Origin: a phage
Length of the DNA stretch: 64,000 nt
Sequence record: PZ809289.1
Reading direction: 5' to 3' (one strand)
The position numbers and the translations under genes were made by a program. The notes beneath the pieces are model-generated. The model was not told where the DNA came from. It did not search any database and saw only the letters and a program-made list of their open reading frames with translations. Positions 62,895-64,000 of this stretch are shown here, piece by piece (the first letter of the stretch is position 1; each line of letters starts with the position of its first letter).

Positions 62895-64000
62895 TTACAT
62901 TTGAAGACTTGAACATCGGCCAGAGGACGGCCTTTAAAGAAATCATTGAAGCTATTAAACGACGTAAGGGCGAATGGATTACATTGAACGGCCCTGCTGG
63001 TACGGGTAAAACAACCCTTACCAAATTTATTCTTGACCATCTAGTCAAGAATGGTGAACTCGGAGTTATTTTGACTGCACCTACCCATGCGGCCAAAAAG
63101 GTGCTGTCGAAACTCGCAGGTCAAGAAGCATCAACAATTCATAGAATTCTAAAAATTAACCCTACTACGTACGAAGACCAGGACATCTTTGAACAACGCG
63201 AAGCTCCTGACTTGAGCAAATGCAATGTGTTAGTTGTTGATGAAGGCTCGATGATTGACGGTAAGCTGTTTAAGATTATTGAATCCTCCGTGCCACCATG
63301 GTGTACTGTATTAGGGATTGGCGACAGAGCTCAGCTACAGCCAGTGGAACCTGGAAGTGATGGTAGCCCTCAGTTGTCTCCATTCTTTACACATCCAAAA
63401 ATCAAACAATTACATTTGACTGAAGTGATGCGTAGTAATGCTCCTATCATTGAGGTGGCTACTGAAATCCGTAATGGTGGGTGGTTTAGAGATTGTGTAT
63501 TCGAAGGACATGGTGTCCATGGTTTTAAATCCCAAACAGCATTAAAAGATTTTATGATGAATTATTTTTCCATTGTAAAAGATGCTGATGCCCTGTTTGA
63601 GAATAGGATGTTTGCTTATACCAATAAATCGGTTGAAAAGCTGAATAGCATTATTCGTAAAAAGCTTTATGAAACCGATGCACCTTATATCAAGGGCGAA
63701 ATCCTGGTGATGCAAGAGCCTTTTATGAAGGAACTTGAATACGACGGTAAGAAATTCTCTGAAACTATTTTTAATAACGGACAAATGGTTCGTATTCTGG
63801 ATGTGAACCACACCTCATTGTTCTTGTCTGCCAAGGATGTAGGCACTCGACAAATGATTAATTACTGGGACCTGCAAGTAGAATCTATCGATGAAGACGA
63901 TGAGTATTACGTAGAGCATTTAAAGGTTATTGATGAGGCTTCAGTCGAGAAGTTCCATTATTTCTTGGCTAAGGTTGCTACCGAGTACAAAGCCATGCGT
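62891..64000 (+). CDS. dda: Dda helicase (SF1), 3'-truncated by window edge
   Basis: TLNGPAGTGKTTLTKFI, APTHAAKK, VVDEGSM, colinear with T4 Dda; ORF runs to position 64000. Confidence 0.9.
   Translation, partial: MITFEDLNIGQRTAFKEIIEAIKRRKGEWITLNGPAGTGKTTLTKFILDHLVKNGELGVILTAPTHAAKKVLSKLAGQEASTIHRILKINPTTYEDQDIFEQREAPDLSKCNVLVVDEGSMIDGKLFKIIESSVPPWCTVLGIGDRAQLQPVEPGSDGSPQLSPFFTHPKIKQLHLTEVMRSNAPIIEVATEIRNGGWFRDCVFEGHGVHGFKSQTALKDFMMNYFSIVKDADALFENRMFAYTNKSVEKLNSIIRKKLYETDAPYIKGEILVMQEPFMKELEYDGKKFSETIFNNGQMVRILDVNHTSLFLSAKDVGTRQMINYWDLQVESIDEDDEYYVEHLKVIDEASVEKFHYFLAKVATEYKAMR

Noticed and set aside
1-64000. Prophage or integrative element
   Set aside because: No integrase, repressor or att-like features; gene content and order are those of a lytic T4-like replication/early region.

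Overview
This window is a densely packed, almost entirely plus-strand block of a T4-like (Tevenvirinae) myovirus genome, colinear with the T4 early/middle arm read in reverse of the conventional T4 map. Recognisable anchors in order are: two tRNAs (CAT and Arg-TCT) with a segB-like homing endonuclease between them, nudE, lysozyme e, denV, regB, tk, rI, nrdC, endonuclease VII (49), gp55, 47/46, 45, 44/62, regA, DNA polymerase 43, imm, a gp42-like hydroxymethylase, uvsX, 41, dmd, primase 61, 56, soc, modA/modB-like ADP-ribosyltransferases and the 5' part of dda. The polymerase looks closest to RB69-type enzymes, but that is from memory, not a search. Between the anchors are hyperplastic stretches of small genes driven by a repeated early-promoter cassette (GTTTAC-N17-TACTAT-AGACCTATCAA), several TATAAATA late promoters and UUCG-loop terminators. 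The most interesting content is: (1) a five-gene, translationally coupled operon around gene 42 that appears to make an activated sugar and put it on hmC DNA; (2) six proteins carrying the T4 capsid-targeting N-terminus (MKTYQEFIAE), i.e. an enlarged set of injected internal proteins; (3) accessory candidates including a macro-domain protein, two nucleotidyltransferase-fold proteins, a tandem dmd pair, a four-member paralog array ending in a C-terminal cysteine, and five freestanding homing-endonuclease genes. All calls rest on reading the sequence and remembered family signatures; no database search was run.
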